Origin: Actinomycetota bacterium
GTDB taxonomy: Bacteria; Actinomycetota; UBA4738; JACQTL01
Assembly (NCBI GenBank): GCA_046724795.1
Contig: JBKOXF010000043.1
Coordinates: 1-35,777, forward strand
Length of the DNA: 35,777 nt
Reading direction: 5' to 3'
The notes beneath the pieces were generated by a model. That model did no database searches. It worked only from the letters and a program-made list of their open reading frames with translations, and was not told the origin of the DNA. Made by a program: the position numbers and the translations under genes. This document shows positions 33,453 through 35,777 of this stretch, one piece after another. How positions within the stretch are numbered: position 1 is the first letter of the stretch; every line of letters begins with the position of its first letter.

Positions 33453-33510
33453 GCAACGCAGGTCTCCAAAGCCGCGTCACCACGATATGCTCCCTGGCGC
33501 ACCCGCAGTC

Positions 33511-33524
33511 ACGAACGCGTTCGT
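33511..33524. promoter_or_regulatory. perfect 14-bp palindrome ACGAACGCGTTCGT
   Basis: It ends 2 nt before ATG 33527 of the lipoprotein gene, in the divergent 74-nt intergenic region. A possible -10 element, TATGCT, lies at 33486..33491. Confidence 0.45.
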
Positions 33525-33526
33525 CG

Positions 33527-34096
33527 ATGCGAAGACTCTCGATCGGATCAATCCTGGCAGCCGCGCTGTTGGCGGCGTGCCACTCGTCGGCCACCCCGCC
33601 ATCGATCTCTCGACAGGCTCCGTCGTCCACCTGCGTCGAAGGATGGTCGACGCCCTCGTCCGCGTCGCCCGACGTGACCACCGCGGTCAAGGTGATCCGG
33701 ACCACGCTCGGCGTGAAGTCTCCACTCAAGGTCGTCGCCACCCGGTTCTTCTCCGGCCCGGAATCCCCGCCCCGGGAAGACAAGGCCTATCTGAAGGTGG
33801 TCGACCGGTGGTACGTGAAGGCGCAGGAGAAGGGCGACCCCTCCGTGGGCGGGAGGTTCCTGGTGGAGCGGCGGCAGTTCGGGATCGGGCTGGTCGCGGC
33901 GGCCCCCCTCGACACGTCCGGCTTCAGCTCGGACGACTGGGTGGGGTTCCAGGGCGAGCCGGGTTCGGTTCCCCAAGCCGTCGAGGGCATCCCCGGGAAG
34001 GTCGCGGCCGTGACCTATGACTTCGTGGACGGCGGGGAGGGCCTCGACATCCCCGGCCTCCCCTCGATGGTGGCCGGCTGCATGAACGGCACATGA
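33527..34096 (+). CDS. putative lipoprotein of unknown function
   Basis: ATG 33527 gives MRRLSIGSILAAALLAAC with the lipobox LAAC. 189 aa. The track ORF begins earlier, at 33416. Confidence 0.6.
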   Translation: MRRLSIGSILAAALLAACHSSATPPSISRQAPSSTCVEGWSTPSSASPDVTTAVKVIRTTLGVKSPLKVVATRFFSGPESPPREDKAYLKVVDRWYVKAQEKGDPSVGGRFLVERRQFGIGLVAAAPLDTSGFSSDDWVGFQGEPGSVPQAVEGIPGKVAAVTYDFVDGGEGLDIPGLPSMVAGCMNGT

Positions 34097-34106
34097 GCGA
34101 GGTCCG

Positions 34107-35777
34107 ATGAGCGAGATCGCGGTGGCCCCCCCCGCCGCGAGGCCGGAGGAGCCATCGCCCAAGGCGTCAGCGCTTCGCCGCGCCGCCACGTTCCTCGCTG
34201 GAGCCTCCGTGGTGATCATCCCCGCGATCATCGTGGCCGGCCTGTTCCTGTCGCTGTACATCTCGCGCCATCAGGTCATCCCCGTCGGGGCCGACACTCC
34301 CCAGTACCTCTGGCGGGCGCGACTTGCCGAGGTCGGCGGGCTGAGCGCGCTCCCTCTGCACCTCCCGAACCCCTTGAACCCCAACGCCGATCGGCCCGGG
34401 TACCCGATCCTGGCGTCGCTGTTCCACGCGGGGACCGGCGTGACGGCCTTCCAGATGTCCTACCTCGTGCCGGCGGTGTTGAGCGTCGTGATCGGGCTTG
34501 CGGGGGCCGCGTTCGCTCGCGGTGGGATGCGTGAGCCGTCGTGGAGCTTCGCCGTGTACGCGGTGCTCATCGGGGCCTCCGTGAACGTCGCGATCACCGC
34601 ATACGGCTACATCGACAACCTCACCATCGACGGCGTCCTCATCGCGGCTGCGCTCATGGCGCTCCTCGCGGCGGATGGTCGGCCCGCCATCGGGGCTGGC
34701 GTGTTCCTCATGGTCGGCGCCGTGGCCATCCACTGGATCTTCGTCGTGTTGGTCGCCGCCCTCATCCTGGGGACTGCGGTGCTCCTCGTCCCGGAGTCGA
34801 TCGTGGCAAGACGCGGCGGAACGAAGCTGTGGAAGACCCCGTCCGGACGGATGGCGACGATGGTCGCGGCCGCCATACCGCCCAGCCTCGCCGTGCTCTT
34901 CCTCGCGCCCGCCCGCCACGGGCCGCCGCACGGGTTGATCCACCACGGACAGGTCGGGAAGCTCGACCGCCAGCTCCCCTACTACCGCATCCCGTGGGTG
35001 TGGCCGTTCGCACTCGGCGGCGCCGTGGCCACCGCGATCCCGCCGAGGCCACAACGGATCCGGGCCCTCCTCATGCTGGGGATCTGGGCCCTCTCACCTC
35101 TCCCCGCCGTGTTCCTGTTGCACCACGGGTACAACGTGCCGTCGCAGCGGATCCTGGGGTTCGCGTACGGGATCCCCCTCCTCGCCACGGCTGCCCTCGT
35201 CGGCGTCGGACGGCTCCTCAGCGCGAAGGTCCGATGGGTGGGGGAACCGCTCGCCGCCGTGGTGGTGCTCGCGGGGATGGCGGCCGGGGTGTTCCTCGCG
35301 CACCAGGCGTGGTACTCGCGGTCGCCCTTCATGCCGACGACGAGCGTCCCGGACCTTCTGACAGCGGCGAAGTACATGGAGCACACCGAGCCCGGTCACC
35401 CGGTCGTGTTCGTGACGAACAACCCGGCGCTCCCGTGGCGGGGGTTCATCCCGGGGTTCCGGCGGCTCCGCGCGTTCGCGCCGCCGGACCACATCGGCGA
35501 CATCTACATGTATCCAGGGAGACTGGCCGACGCGCTCGCGGGCAAGCCCGACGAACCGCCGGACAACACGAAGCTCGCGCACCTCTCCGCGAACGCCTGG
35601 CCGCAGCTGAAGTACGTCATGGCCCAGAACCCGACGCTCGTCGTGATGCGCCTCTATTACCCGAACTTCGACCAGGTGCGCCAGCAGCATCCGGACTGGG
35701 CGATCACCTCTCGGTTCCTCGTCGCGCGGGGGCCGCGGCCACCGGCGAGCGAGCTCCAACCCGGGACGCTCACGCTG
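34107..35777 (+). CDS. large polytopic membrane protein, possible GT-C-type glycosyltransferase or polymerase (3' end beyond the window)
   Basis: Absent from the track because it has no stop. I checked codon by codon that the frame from ATG 34107 stays open for 557 codons to the last base. GAGG lies 4 nt upstream, and the gene starts 10 nt after the lipoprotein stop. It has about 9-11 hydrophobic helices (e.g. FLAGASVVIIPAIIVAGLFLSLYI, GAGVFLMVGAVAIHWIFVVLVAALILG) and then a soluble C-terminal region. The minus-strand track ORFs here are Arg/Gly/Pro-rich shadows. Confidence 0.7.
   Translation, partial: MSEIAVAPPAARPEEPSPKASALRRAATFLAGASVVIIPAIIVAGLFLSLYISRHQVIPVGADTPQYLWRARLAEVGGLSALPLHLPNPLNPNADRPGYPILASLFHAGTGVTAFQMSYLVPAVLSVVIGLAGAAFARGGMREPSWSFAVYAVLIGASVNVAITAYGYIDNLTIDGVLIAAALMALLAADGRPAIGAGVFLMVGAVAIHWIFVVLVAALILGTAVLLVPESIVARRGGTKLWKTPSGRMATMVAAAIPPSLAVLFLAPARHGPPHGLIHHGQVGKLDRQLPYYRIPWVWPFALGGAVATAIPPRPQRIRALLMLGIWALSPLPAVFLLHHGYNVPSQRILGFAYGIPLLATAALVGVGRLLSAKVRWVGEPLAAVVVLAGMAAGVFLAHQAWYSRSPFMPTTSVPDLLTAAKYMEHTEPGHPVVFVTNNPALPWRGFIPGFRRLRAFAPPDHIGDIYMYPGRLADALAGKPDEPPDNTKLAHLSANAWPQLKYVMAQNPTLVVMRLYYPNFDQVRQQHPDWAITSRFLVARGPRPPASELQPGTLTL

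Noticed and set aside
34167-35759. Minus-strand ORFs 34167..35054 and 35094..35759
   Set aside because: Their products are low-complexity, rich in Arg, Gly, Pro, His and Asp, with no recognisable domains. The opposite strand carries an uninterrupted 557-codon membrane-protein frame in operon context.

Overview
This is a very GC-rich, gene-dense actinobacterial chromosomal segment. Taxon markers are WhiB, the F420 genes, DUF3499, DUF3105 and a SpoIID protein with LGFP repeats. I found no transposase, integrase, tRNA, rRNA or CRISPR signal. From memory, the gene order mirrors the M. tuberculosis Rv3248c-Rv3267 and Streptomyces whiB neighbourhood.

Layout:
- 1-11.7 kb, all minus strand: ahcY (partial), punA, a SIS sugar isomerase, a 58-aa Trm112 ORF missing from the track, and manB, mostly chained by overlapping stop/start codons. 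Then come three small Cys-rich proteins, an L,D-transpeptidase, a DUF5719-like protein coupled to a 1043-aa GT2/polytopic-membrane fusion, and whiB followed by a 117-aa ultra-basic STARK-repeat protein.
- 12-19.5 kb: fbiC lies divergent from an operon of two paralogous alpha/beta-hydrolase/class III cyclase fusions plus fbiA and fbiB, joined by GTGA/ATGA overlaps.
- 19.5-35.8 kb: two small envelope proteins, a SpoIID/LytB protein, and an ABC-transporter-dependent rhamnose/mannose cell-wall glycan locus. That locus holds manC, an FkbM methyltransferase, a wbbL-like GT2, a 4-TM flippase-like protein, two GT4s, wzt, wzm, rmlD, rmlB, a Tat phosphoesterase, a lipoprotein, and an untracked polytopic membrane protein of at least 557 codons that runs off the right edge.

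Most noteworthy observations:
1. Cyclic-nucleotide enzymes are hard-wired into the F420 biosynthesis operon.
2. An iteron-like array of five to seven DnaA-box-like repeats at 19-21 bp spacing lies between fbiC and whiB.
3. A histone-H1-like repeat protein is co-operonic with whiB.
4. A recurring TANNNT -10 element sits exactly 7 nt before two start codons, which implies leaderless mRNAs.

Many long track ORFs are antisense or frame shadows typical of high-GC DNA. Several true genes are trimmed versions of the track ORFs.
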